Shown here piece by piece: positions 27,495 to 40,179 of a stretch of 64,000 nucleotides of DNA; position 1 is the first letter of the stretch, and each line of letters starts with the position of its first letter. The notes under the pieces are model-generated. The model made no database searches. It saw nothing but the letters and a program-made list of their open reading frames with translations, and was not told the origin of the DNA. The stretch spans positions 68,386,001 to 68,450,000 of the forward strand of contig NC_043002.1 in the NCBI RefSeq assembly GCF_006345805.1. The letters run 5' to 3'. Made by a program: the position numbers and the translations under genes. Origin of the DNA: Octopus sinensis. Lineage: Eukaryota.

Positions 27495-27882
27495 ATGCCA
27501 TGTAAAAAGCACTGGTTCTGGTGCCGCATAAAAGCAGTGGTAATAGTGTCATGTAAAAAGCAGTGGTAATGGTGCCACATAAAAAGCAGTGGTGATGGTG
27601 GTGCCACATAAAAAGCAGTGGTGATGGTGGTGCCACATAAAAAGCAGTGGTGATGGTGCCACATAAAAAGCACTGGTGATGGTGTCACATAAAAAGCAGT
27701 GGTAATAGTACCATGTAAAAAACAGTGGTAATAGTGCCACATAAAAAGTAGTGGTGATGGTGCCACGTAAAAAGCACTGGCTCTGGTGCCACATAAAAAG
27801 CACTGCTCATGGGACCATGTAAAAAGCGCTGTTGATGGTGCCATGTAAAAAGCACTAGAGATAGTGCCACATAAAAAACACC
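27495..27882 (+). repeat. Minisatellite (~27-30-bp unit, TGCCACATAAAAAGCAGTGGTGATGG) expanded inside family C elements
   Basis: About 14 imperfect units; the unit resembles the GGCACGTAAAAAGCAC sub-repeat of the RTE/family C 3' region. Confidence 0.85.
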
Positions 27883-28050
27883 CAGTACACTCTGTAAAGT
27901 GGTTAACATTAGGAAGGGCATCCAACTGTAGAAACCATGCCAAAACAGACTATGGAGCCTAGTGCAGTTCCTGGCTTTGCCAGCTCTTGTTAGACCATCC
28001 AGCCCATGCCAGCAAGGAAAACGGACTTTAAATGATGATAAATGATGTAT

Positions 28051-28101
<51 letters not shown>

Positions 28102-28146
28102 CACACACAAACATATTTTAATATATTCAAATATATATCAATAATC

Positions 28147-28345
28147 AGGGTATTCCAAAAAATTGTAAACACACTTTAACAGCTGATAATTCAATTATCA
28201 TTTCTTTTTAGATTTAACCGATAAATAATGAAGGGAATCAGACTTAGTTTCAAACAAAGGAAATTCAAGTGCTACAAGAAGTTTGAAAACACAGTCGAAG
28301 TGCAAAGACAGTTTAGAAAGGAGTTTCAAATAAAACCATAAATGC
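28147..28345 (+). mobile_element. Tc1/mariner transposon 5' remnant (TIR plus N-terminal helix-turn-helix of the transposase)
   Basis: CAGGGTATTCCAAAAAATTGTAAACACACTTT TIR-like start. ATG at 28228 reads MKGIRLSFKQRKFKCYKKFENTVEVQRQFRKEFQ, resembling DUF4817-type transposase N-termini. Confidence 0.65.
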
Positions 28346-31049
28346 AACTTACCACAACTTGGTGGTAAGTCACGTAAAGGACTTAAAATCCATCATGTTC
28401 CATTTTTGCCTTCAGAAAATTCCAGCTTCTCTGCACAGTGAAGAACACAGCACACTATGACAACTCACTCCTCCCTTACACACACAACCAAGAATATGGA
28501 GCAAGAGCCAACAAGGTAGCCTCTATGCACACATCTGATCTGCTTAAAATAACAGTCAAATCGCCTTCAAATCACACGATACTGTTTTAAATAAGAAAAG
28601 GACAAATAAGATAATGTCCTAAGTATTACTACAAAATGTGATGCTTTTGGTCTTTGATAATACATCTGTTCAACTAGGGATGACAACAACAACAATAACA
28701 ACTAGAATCCTGGCTGGTGGTGTTCTTATATGAACTAATGTGGTTCAATATCGCCCTCAAATCATAGAAACAGTTTTGATATCTCCCTCAAATCACAGAA
28801 ACAGCTTCAATATCTCCCTCAAATCACATGCTACAATCTTTAAAAAGGACATACTGTGGTCCTAGATACACTTTACTTGTAATACAAAAAAATAGAATGG
28901 GATGGTCACAAGTGAAATGCCTCTGATCATAAATCTGCTCAATTAAGGTTTGAATCAGGATTCAATAAGTACTATCTTAGTTCCACAAGAACTGATAAAT
29001 AGTCACATGAATAAATTTCCTACTGTACAAACAACACACTCAAACAAAAAAAAATCACCATCGTGTTACCACTGCAATACACACAAAAGTTTGAAGCATT
29101 ATATACAACACAGAAAAGATCTAACAACTCCAGTGAAAAGATAACTGAAAACACTATTGCTGCAATGCAACAAATCTGGTTTATTATCATGGTCTCTGCC
29201 AATTCTGACTGACTTTCCTTCTTTCAAATATAAATTTACAAAATATTTAAAACAATGCTTCTCCTTGCCACATCAAGCTACATTCATACAAACAGTGATA
29301 CTAGAATATCTAGCCTTAAAGACAACAAAAGCATGTGACCCGCACCGTTTTATGGCTGTAGACTGCTACAACTTATCAAACAACTTCATGTATAATAATT
29401 CGCAAACACCTAGGTATCTAACATATAAACTAACCAAAGATGGGAGTCTTTATGTGGTCACTTGACCAGCAAGAAGTAGCAGCTAAGTCTCCCTCAAACC
29501 ACATCCCATTGCCTTAAGAAAGGCAGGTCACACTTGTTAATGTAAGTCTAGATTAGGTATACATGTCTGAAAATAAGACTGAATGGTCATGGCTGGAATG
29601 ATTTTGATCACAAATCAGTTTAGTCACATAGCAATGACACTAAACAAAACAATAATACTTGGAGCAGGCATGGTTGTGTGGTAAGAAGCTTGCTTCCCAA
29701 ACACATAGTTATGGTTTCAATCCCACTGTATGGCACCTTAGGCAAGAGTCTTCTACAATAAGTGCCAAGCCAAGCAAAGACTAGAGAGTGGATTTGGTAG
29801 ACAGAAACTGAAAGAAGCCCATCATGCACGTATGTGTGTCTTTGTGTCAGTGCTTGAGCCCCACTGCTGCATGATAACTAGTGTTGGTATGTACACATCC
29901 CTGTAACTTTTGGCAAACTGCTGTTTAGCAAAAGAGATCATAAAATAAGTACCAGGGTTTAAAAAAAAAAGTTTGGGAATAGATTCATCATCATCATCAG
30001 CATCGACATTTAACGTCTGCTTTCCATGGACAGTTTGACTGAGGCTGCACCAGGCTCCAATCTGAGTTGGCAAAGTTTCCACAGCTGGATGCCATTCCTA
30101 ACACAAACCATTCCAAGAGTGGAGTGGGTGCTTTTTACATGCCACCGGTACAGGAACCAATCGGGCAGCACTGGCATCGGTCACATTCAAATGGTGCTTT
30201 TTACATGCCACTGGCACAGCTGCCAGTCAGGCAGGCAGCACTGGCATCAACCACACTCGAATGGTGCCTTTTATGTACCACTGGGATGGGTGCCAGTCAG
30301 GTGATTAAAAACTCTTCAAGATGGTGCCCCAGCATGGGCACAGTCTAATGACTGAAACAAGTAAAAGATACAAGTCATTTCTCCATCAAATTCAATAACT
30401 GTAAAAATTAACATTCTCTCTCAATGTCCAAATTCCTTACATAAACCTCGAAAAAACTAGATCCACTTTACCTCCAGTGACATCGCTATTAGTCAATAGA
30501 CATACCAAGACAGGCAGTTGCTCAAGCTGCTAGAAACAACAACTAAATCTTTCAAATCAGTCCCCACTATATCAGAACTATTGGATCATGTATCCTTTAT
30601 ATATATATTATGCCTTAAAAACAAAAGGCAAGGACAGTCATAATTTGGATGCCTTCATTTATAGAAGTTTGCTAACCTGGGGTTAAACAGCAATAGATGT
30701 AAAATTAACTGAGCAGAAAATTCAATGTATATGCCTAGTTTAATATACTGCACTTCCTCTAATCAACAACTTGCATGACACACAATGTTACTCCAGATAC
30801 ATTCACTGCATTGAATATGTTAGTTACTTCCAAGTGTTTAATCAGCTAATCTCTATGCGCTAAGTCTGACCAGGCAGAATTATGACTACTCAATAAGAAC
30901 ATTTATATTATTCAGTGACAGAGGTTCAATTAACAGCAAACAGTAGCTCTGCAAACTGCTGGAATGTCAAACTGATATATTAAGTTTGTTTTCAAATAAG
31001 AAAATTTCATGAGTATTTGTATTGTTTTAAAAAATAAAATTATACTTAC

Positions 31050-31086
31050 TTTTATTCAACTTTTCTAGTTGTAAGTACAAAGGATC
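31050..31086 (-). CDS. HELZ: Probable 37-nt micro-exon of the HELZ-like gene
   Basis: Strong acceptor TTTTATTTTCTTTCTCAG and donor GTAAGT. Encodes DPLYLQLEKLNK plus A, a phase-1 end that joins GT of the 5906 exon to give ...LEKLNKSLETDPYDEK, completing a TPR-like helix-turn. Confidence 0.55.
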
Positions 31087-31822
31087 CTGAGAAAGAAAAT
31101 AAAAACAGATAACATGTACATCAAATAACACAATTCAACAGTACAGGTAGTCATGAAATAATTTGCTTGTACAAAAACAGGATATGATATATTAAAGGAA
31201 AAACAACCAGATTTTAAATAGAAACAATAAGTGATTGATGAAATGCAGAATTATGTGGCTGATATACTTCCTAAACCCTCATTTATATCTGAAAATATAT
31301 CAAACATACTGTGATTTTATCACTAATAAATATATACCAACCATATGTTTCAAGTGATTGGTCAAAAACTGAAAATGTTGAAAAGGATTGTTTGTTTAAC
31401 CCTTTAGCATTCAGGATTACTTGGTCAAATGTATCTTGTAGCTTTGAGATTTCAATGATGTGATTGTTTATTTTTAAAATTACATTGTAAGGGAGGTGCA
31501 AGAGGATGGATCTGATCAGTTTGAACATAAAACAGGTAGAATATTAGGCCAGGTATGGCTGGTTTAAATACTATAAGGTTAATGAGCAGTTGTTTGAAAT
31601 CTAATAATAAAAAGATTCTGAGATACATAAAAAGGAGGGTGGGACCACCATGGAACTTTCACCTAAAATTTTGCATTATCTTTCATAAGATTTTAGTTTA
31701 ACCCTTTTGACACCAACCCACCCGAGAACACTCATGATTCTATGATACAAAGTTCATGCTTTAAAGTGGTTGAAATTAAAACTTTCCATCAAAATTCCAT
31801 GTTGTGTTTCAAATACTAGTTT

Positions 31823-32022
31823 ACAAGGGAATGCTGAAAAGTTCCAAGCTTTAAGGGTATCACAAAATGCCTGGTTGGAGGCCCAACCATCCAAGTTCTT
31901 TTACAGGGCTTAAAAAAACTGAAGGACCACTGCAATAAGTGTGTGTCTGAGAAGGGAAAATCATAATTAACTAATCCTCTTGTATTTTCTTTTACCCAAA
32001 GCCAAGAACTTTTTAGCACCCC
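31823..32022 (+). mobile_element. Mariner-derived MITE
   Basis: Imperfect TIRs GGGAATGCTGAAAAGTTCCAAGCTTT and AAAGCCAAGAACTTTTTAGCACCCC; internal KLKDHCNKCVSEKG resembles the mariner transposase C-terminus. Confidence 0.7.
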
Positions 32023-32270
32023 AGTTCTATATTTAAGAGATGAGGAATTATGTACATTATTTACATTCAATGGACATTTGTCCTCATTTTGTTTGTTATT
32101 AATACAATGTTTTGGCTGATATACCCTCCAGCCTTGTTCAGGTGTCTTGGGGAAATTATTGTTATTATTATTATTGTTGTTGTTGTTAGTTTTCAGGTCA
32201 CTGCTTGGAATCGAACTCGGAATCTTGGGGTTAATAGCGTGCACTCTTAACCACTACGCCATATACCCAT
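32023..32270 (-). mobile_element. tRNA-derived SINE-like element with a decayed hammerhead-ribozyme motif
   Basis: A box TGGCGTAGTGG (32261-32251), B box GTTCGATTCC (32216-32207), (AAC/AAT)n linker, then GACAC-CTGAACA-A-GGCTG-loop-CAGCC-AAAAC. Confidence 0.65.
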
Positions 32271-33427
32271 GGGTACCCCCTCATAATAACTACAAAGTTA
32301 TATTATTAAGATCTTCACTATTTTCTAAATTAATTGAAACAAAGGAAGAATATTTTAACAAAAATATGATAATGAAATTGTTAATGTTTTAAAAAATCAC
32401 ATAAATATATTTTCCAGTGATTTGCTCTTGGACAGGTTAATATAAAAAAACTCTTAAATATGTGGAAGATACCAGTAATACAAACCATCAAATTGATTAA
32501 AATATTGACTAAGATTTCAATGCTCACCACTGAAAAGTATTAGACTTCAGCATGTATAAAAGAAATTAAGTTTACTGAAAATAATAATTTGTAGCTTGTA
32601 CAAGTGGGACCAATATACCGACTGAAATCAGAGAAGAGGATGTTCTATCTTATTTCGTTTTTTAAATTTTATATTGTATTTTGTAAAAAATAATAGTCAC
32701 TGATTACAAGTTTCCAGTATCTTATTTATAGCATTTACAATGCCAAGAATGTCAAAGGAATATCTTTGTAACTTGGGTGGAAAAAGATGCCATAGAGCAA
32801 TTTTGCTTGAAAGTACTATTTTGTCATTTTTCTTGCTGACATTTATGGCTTTCATTTGATATACATGTATATTGCATGTACACACACACCTTTCCTACCT
32901 TGGGACCTCAACTCTGGGTGGAGCTGTAGGGGTGCTGTCACATATATATATGGTATGTCTTGGGAATTTTAAAATTGGCAGAATCCATCCCTCTTCAGGT
33001 CTAAATGAGAAGCTATAAGAGGAGGGAGAGAGCGAGAGAAATGGTTAGTAATAAAGAAGGAGAGATACAGTGGCATCTGCTGTAACACAGGCATTTTGAT
33101 GGGAGGGAGACAGCAAGAGAGTAGAGATGGATACAGATTGAGAGGAGTAGTAGAGTTGGACTGGAAGAAATAATTAGATTACTGGAATCAGTGTGTGTCA
33201 GAATCACTAAAATGTACTGACTGGCCACAAATAAGATGTAAGATAATGACTAATTTAAAAATTATCAAATCAAATTTAAACCTTTTGTTACCATATTTCT
33301 ATTGAAATACAATGTACTAGGTTTCAAATATTGTAGAATTGAGTACAATAACTAATTATTAAGCTGGTATTTAGAACATAAATTAACTTGAAATTGTGAC
33401 AATTGGTTTAAATTTAGATCACTTTAA

Positions 33428-33712
33428 CCCCTTACCCGGGAAAGACAAGTTAATTTGTTTTCACCCAATTTGTCCAAAATACATAATTTCAAAACCAGCC
33501 ACACGCAAGTTTTAAACATCAAATCTGGTGGGATTTTTTCTTTTTTTCTTTAAATTTTATTTACAAATTACACCCAGAGAATGACAATGAGTATGAATCT
33601 TCTATTAGAAGCCTGGATACATCGGATGAGAGTGCAAGCTTGTCTGATAAAAAAAATTCATCTGGAAATTAAATGTTTTCTCCCACCAAAAAAAAAGTTG
33701 CTGGGGAAGGGG
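33428..33712. mobile_element. piggyBac-like MITE nested at a TTAA inside another TTAA MITE (~33280-33775)
   Basis: TTAA|CCCCTTACCCGG...CTGGGGAAGGGG|TTAA; the flanks join to form the same MITE family as 39054-39278. Confidence 0.7.
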
Positions 33713-36700
33713 TTAAAACAGGAAGTTTGTAAGACAGGACCTGCGATGGTCTCAGGTAGGTTGGTATCAAAAGGGTTAAGGACTTTTTTGAAGTAGAATT
33801 TGGTAGAAGCAACTCTATTTCTAAGAATAATATATTAGTAAATTTTAGATGTGAATATTTTATTTAACTCTGATGCTATGGCTTCAGTGTGTCTCCAATA
33901 AATTTTGTATGGATAAACTTTTCACTCTTTTGCAAAATATTTATTTCATTTAAGAGAATTTTTCATATTACATACACTTTGGTTTTATATTTAAACAATG
34001 CTTTGATCTTGAAAAGGAAGGGTTGTGTATATAACGGAGTTTATTACATTTCAAATCATTATTTGTCAATTTGCTTTAGGTGTATGACCTTGTTTTAACT
34101 TTGATGTACTTCAGATATTTGGAACTAATGAAAAAAGGTGTTCCGGATCTTCTTTTATAGCATATTTATAGTTTATTCCTTTCATGTTATAGCCTTTTGA
34201 TAAAAACAGCTCTTCATTTTCTAAGTTGCTATTTTCTTGTGCTTAATTGTTTGTTACTTTGTTAATAAATAACATAAAAAGAAGCCACAATGAAACAGCT
34301 ATAGCCTTTCACCTTTTACAGGTTAAGGTACTAAAAAGTAGCCCAATGGTTTATATTAGCCATGAATGTTGAGTGTTTTCAAGCAATATATGATTAAAAT
34401 GTGATTAGTTTCATTAGAAAGACAGGAAAGAATTGGTGGTACCATAAATTGAGAAGCCAGAATTAGTGGTATTATAAATTGAAGTGTCAGTGTTAAACCT
34501 TTCTTCAAGACGAACTATTATTCAACAGCTCTCCACAACCTTGAGGAGAGGGTTGAGTAATAGACAAAAGGGTAATGAAAGGAAGGGAGCAAAAAACATA
34601 ATAATCAGGAGAGACCCCACTTTAGCTATTATTCATCTCAATCATTATCACCACTAGATTCATTTTGCCATGCTTACACGAGAAAGATGGGACCTCTCCA
34701 GTACAGCATTTCACCACAAATCACAGTTCTTTGTCATCTCCTTCATGAAGTTTAGCTTCTTGAGGTTAATGTTCATTATTTTGAATCATGCCCTTCCTTG
34801 GCACTTCTTTATACAACTGAAATCCTCCAGCAATTGACATTCTCCATTCTATCACAGTCTTCTTTCTTGCACACTACTTCCAATTCCTTATATATCTAAT
34901 TTTTCTACCGGCTCATTTGTGCTCCATCATTAATGTACGTCATCATCATTATTTTATCTTCTCTTTCTATGATGGTATGGGTTGAACAGTGCTAGTCAGT
35001 TCTTATGTTGAGTTACTGCCCTCTTAGATGGGTCAGAAACCATAATTAGTTCATATGTTCCACTCTCTGACATAGTTTCTGGATAGCCTCCATAAAGCCA
35101 ATCATTTTATAGAGTATACTGAGCACATTTTAGCAGAGAAGTCTTTGATAAGACTAAAAAAATTTTCTTAGACCTATGTATATGCACCAACCAATTTACT
35201 AGGTCTTTTGCTATAACCCAGGTTGATCAAAGATTTGTGGGTGTGTTTGTGTCCTTGTTGTTTTGATATTGCACAATAGCTGTAATTAAGAATCATTGCT
35301 ATACAAGGAGTATCATTTATTTTTAATCTTCTGTGTAAACATGCCCAGCCATGAGGAAATATTACCTAACGTGGAAACAGGTGAGGGTCAGCAACAGGAA
35401 GGGTACCTGACCATAAAAATCTGCTTCAATGAACTTCATCTGTCTCAAGAAAGCATGGAAAAGCATGGATCTTATGATGATGATGATGATGATATATATA
35501 CAAATTACTTCAAAATGAAATTTCTGCATGATGATTGAAATAATCTCAAAAGACTTACGTTATTAACAGTTTGGTTAAGGTTCCAGCTTTGTTGGCAAGC
35601 TTCAAAATTTTCGGTTGGAAAAACAGTCTCAGATCCAGCCATCGGAAAAATCTCAATAACATCCAATTTTCTGTGACCCAAAGGTCACTCCAATCAAGTT
35701 TTGTTAACCTAATGAAACAATTTTATACAAAGTTTATTTTAGATTGAATAATTTATTTAACATGTCAAAAAAAAGTGGGGGGGGGGTGACAATGCAGGTA
35801 TAAGAAAAGAAATAAAATTAAATTAATAATTCCTAGTTTTATTTGCTTTTTGTGAAATACATTTTCTAGCAAGATAGTCAATTATTAAATTTTGTGTGGT
35901 TGATAAATGTAACATTTTTGGTATAAAATGCGGCTAAGCTTAATAAAGATTTGGATTAATAAGTTTTGAAGACTCAGGTTTTCAAAATAATAATATTCTA
36001 TTATACTTTTTTTCTATAGCATACTTTCTTCTTGCTAGTGTAAATAAGCATGTATGTGTGTGTGTGAAATATTTGCTTTAGGTCAGCATTTATTGTTTTG
36101 TAACATTTTATTGTGGCGCCAGCATTAAAGAGGTTATCTTGTCCTTGGCAAAACTAAAGGGTTCTCTCTTCCATACTGCCTCTGCAGTTGCCTCATTCTT
36201 GACATGGTTGAAGACTAAAGCAAGCTATTACTCTGCACTTTCGTATACAAATTAGAAGAAAGAGAGACTGGCAGAAGAAAGACAGAGTAATAGTAGTGGG
36301 AGGATTAATAGAAGGGAGAATAAAGGAAAAAATCCAGAAACAAGGGAATAGAAGTGAACTAGGGTGCTAAGAATGGGAGGATGATGAAAGAAATGTAATG
36401 GAAGAGAGAGAGGTGGGGGAAGCACACAGCTACATGACAGGTGTTGGTAAGAAAATTGCATAGAAACTTAACCAAGAGGCAGCTACATGAGAGCTGTTGG
36501 TAAGGAGGTTGAATACAAATGATATGGTGATATATAGAAAATCTAATTTTCCTGCTGAACTACATAGAAATTGCATGAACAAGAGAGTGATATCATAAAG
36601 AAACAACTAACTTTAATAATACTGTTGTTTAATGCAGTCTTACTACAGTTATGAAGAATAGATGAAATAAAATCTTTCCTAAGAAAATTGAAATATAGCT

Positions 36701-37434
36701 ATTTCTGCAAACATTTTATGTATCATATCAAGAAAACATTTAGGATACACAAAACTTTCTTTTTATCCTTGAACTGAAAAAAGACACACCTCAGAGAACA
36801 TGTCCTGCACAAAATTTTAAACAGACGATTTTTTAGATATATCTGATCAATCTGTCTACACATATAGCCTTCATTAAATGAAGACTAACAGATTGAAACT
36901 TTGAAGTCACTGTTAGCACTCCTGTAAAAGTATATTATATGGATGCATGAATGCTCTCTTCTGTTTTTAATTATTTAAACTAGCAAATCTACAATGAAGG
37001 CATAGAATGGGGGAATGAAGTCATAACATCAGTATGTATTGAGAAATGTGTAAATGGACTTGGTAGATTACTGGGTGATGTCTTAGAGAAATCACATTAT
37101 TGTTGGTGATACAGCATTCTATTGCAGATACATGACGTGTTTACAACTAAGTGACATGTGATGACGATTCATTCCAGAACTGAAATAGGCTCCCAGCCTC
37201 TGTATCATGAATGGTTAGGCGGACCAATCCTAACAAAAGCTAAAGCTTTCTTCAACCACTACATAAAAAGTATTAAGAAAAATGTTATTTAGATATACTT
37301 TTATTTTAATTGTTTACACTATTTTATGCCTGTTTATACTCTTAAACATTCAAAGTTCACAAATTTCCCTCTTTGAACTATGAATCGTATTCCTTTCGAT
37401 AATATGATTACAAAATTTCTGTTCGGTTGACACT

Positions 37435-37670
37435 AATTTTCAAATTACTGGAGTTCGTTACTCTACTCATAGCGATGTATAACTGGGTGTGTGTAAACAT
37501 CAGAGTGGGTAAAAATGCACCTACACAATCTTAAGTCTGGCCCTGTGCCTTGTTTGCTGTGAATGCGTAAGTGGAATCTATAGGAATCTGCCCATCTATG
37601 ATGGGAAACAAAAGGATAGTATTGCAAATCCAAACCTTCTAAATTCATGACCTATACGGGGACGAAACCT
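37435..37670 (-). pseudogene. Helitron PIF1-family helicase remnant (motifs V-VI)
   Basis: Manual translation QIPIDSTYAFTANKAQGQT*DCVGAFLPTLMFTHTQLYIAMSRVTNSSNLKI fits the PIF1/Helitron pattern QFP..LA.A.T.NKAQGQT...G..L....F.HGQLYVA.SRV; in-frame stop at 37531-37533. Confidence 0.82.
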
Positions 37671-38370
37671 AGAGTTAGTCTTTGTTGCCGGAATTTTAAC
37701 AAAAAAAAAAAAAAAAATCAAAGATGATTTATTAGTACAAAAGTTAGTATCAATAACTGTTTATACACCAATAAAAGATGAGCCAAAGCCATCACAATCA
37801 TTCCTTAATAAAGCTATCATAAACTAAAACTTTCATAAATGACATCATAATTCAGTGAAGAAGTAACCTGACTTACTTCCCTTCTACTTGTTTTACAACT
37901 GTAATTTTTATTCACTTTTTTTTACACCCATAAACTGAACAGTTTACCCTCAATATCCACTAAATAATTATACTTTCTCACATTTTTTTTCACTAAAAAC
38001 CTGCCAGATTACCTCCTTCATAATCTGGAAAAAACATTGTGACCATTGGTCCAGCCGTTTGACCATGAAGAGGGTACAAACAGACAGACGGATATAATAC
38101 CCATTATAGTAAGATTCTTCCTCTGAAGAAGAAGCTGGTTTCTAACAAAGATAAAAAGCTCCAGCATTGGAATGTAAATAGCAAAAAAAACCATGTCACA
38201 TTTTGAAACTTAAGAAAAATCTTGCATATTTTTACTGTTTTACTTGCAGATTGCATTTGTAATGTGCAAGTTAGTTGGCTGATTTCTTTTTCTGAAAATC
38301 CAAGCTTATCCAAACTGTCAGTCAGGCATTTATTCACAAAACCAAGTACACCAATTATGTATGTATTTAT

Positions 38371-38402
<32 letters not shown>

Positions 38403-39053
38403 AGTACTCTGCACTTACAGGCTGAATAAATATTTGAAACATACTAGACACTGTTAAATACTTTTTTATCTGTTACCAGTTTTACAAGTAAACATAACTA
38501 TTATATGCACAGTGGCCATGAGGTTAAAATGCTGAACCACAACCACTTAACTACTGGTTAAGTGGTCACATGTTCAGATTATACAACTGTCTGGGTTTTG
38601 CTCCTGTACAAGGTACCTATCTGGAGCACCAGATCCACTCCTGCTTTATATTTGAGTGACAGAAAGTAGGAAGATCATCCAACTGTAGAAACCATTGTTT
38701 TGGCACAGAAAAATGGATGTAAAACAGTGAAGTAAAAAAAAAAAACAATCAAAACAGACCTCAGAAACTGTGCCAATATCTAACATAAGCACTGAAGCAT
38801 AACTACTTTGGATAGCACATGAAATTAGTTTTCTTTTACTTAATGACTGGATTTGTCTAGAATATGAATAGCACTGTTGCAATTCTACATTCCTCCATTA
38901 ACCATGCGGCTGGTTTCTCAATTATTTCCCCCCCAAGATCTTGCTGCCACTATTTTTACATGGTTCGTACTTTAGCACACAGTATGTTTCTTATTTGTTG
39001 GTCAGGCCCATGAGCTAACTAAACAGATGATTGTGCCCAAGCAAACATCTTAA

Positions 39054-39278
39054 CCCTTTCGTTACCAACCTGGCTCAAACTGGCACTGGCTCTGAAGTAC
39101 AAATGTCTTGTTTCCATAAGTTTTGAATTAAAATCTTCCACCAAACCCGAGGTGTGTCTTTTTTATGTTCCTAACACTGGCTGAATGATAAGTAAGTTAT
39201 TATACTAAATTCTTTGTTATATTTAAAGTAATTGAAAGAAACACAGAGCATCATAAAATAAATACAGTAACGAAAGGG
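39054..39278. mobile_element. piggyBac-like MITE (TTAA TSD, CCCTTTCGTTAC TIR)
   Basis: TTAA|CCCTTTCGTTAC...GTAACGAAAGGG|TTAA. Reverse-oriented copy at 53896-54115; decayed copies near 1180, 5520, 31700 and 43280. Confidence 0.88.
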
Positions 39279-39666
39279 TTAATGATAGAGTTACATCTGG
39301 ATGTCTATATCTATTCGTTCATGTGTGTGTGTGTGTGTGTGGTGTGTGTGTGTGTGCGCGTGCATGCGTGCGTTATTGAAATTATTTAAACCACAAATGA
39401 AATTCTGGTATATATTTGTAACAACAAAATATGATACAATGTAATTAATTGAGATAAGTTTCAGAGTTACTATACCATTGATTTGTATTTCAGTAGGTCA
39501 TATAGACCTACTGAAGGCACCAATCAGTGCTAATGGATTGAATAAAACTATTTAGCAAAATCTCAATGATAATTAGTATTTACATTTGGAGCAATCAGAC
39601 TGTATAGAAAAGTGCTACAAGTTTAATAGCATTTGTATTAATGGATGAGTAATTTATGATAGCTCT

Positions 39667-39704
<38 letters not shown>

Positions 39705-40179
39705 TACACGTGTATATGTGTGTATATAAGGTTATCAATATAAGAAAGATTTAAGAGTATTTGAGATAGTTTAATATTTGATATTTAAAAGGCAGCAAGC
39801 TGACAGAAACGTTAACATGCCGGACAAAATGCTTAGCAGTATTTCGTCTGTCTTTACATTCTGAGTTCAGCTTTGTCTTTCATCCTTTCGGGATCAATAA
39901 ATTAAGTACCAGTTGCTTACTGGGGTCAATCTAATCAACTGCCCCCCACTCCTAAAAATTTCATACCTTGTGCCTAGAGTAGAAAAGAATACGATATTTA
40001 AGAGAAAAATATATTTTAATATATTTACATTGAACTCACTATGACAATGTCATCTTTTTGTCTTTTAAAAAAAAATTATTTTTAATTGGTGGTCTTCTTT
40101 GGGGATATAATCTAAGATGATCATATGCATAACAACAGCAAGGTCTCAGTTCTGAGTACAATGTTCCATTGTAGATTTT

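Noticed and set aside
27485-28110. Repetitive ORFs and CRISPR-like periodicity
   Set aside because: Minisatellite with no unique spacers and no cas genes, in eukaryotic context.
32190-32270. Possible tRNA gene
   Set aside because: A and B boxes are present, but there is no clean acceptor stem or T-run terminator; it runs into a microsatellite and repeat body, so it is treated as a SINE head.
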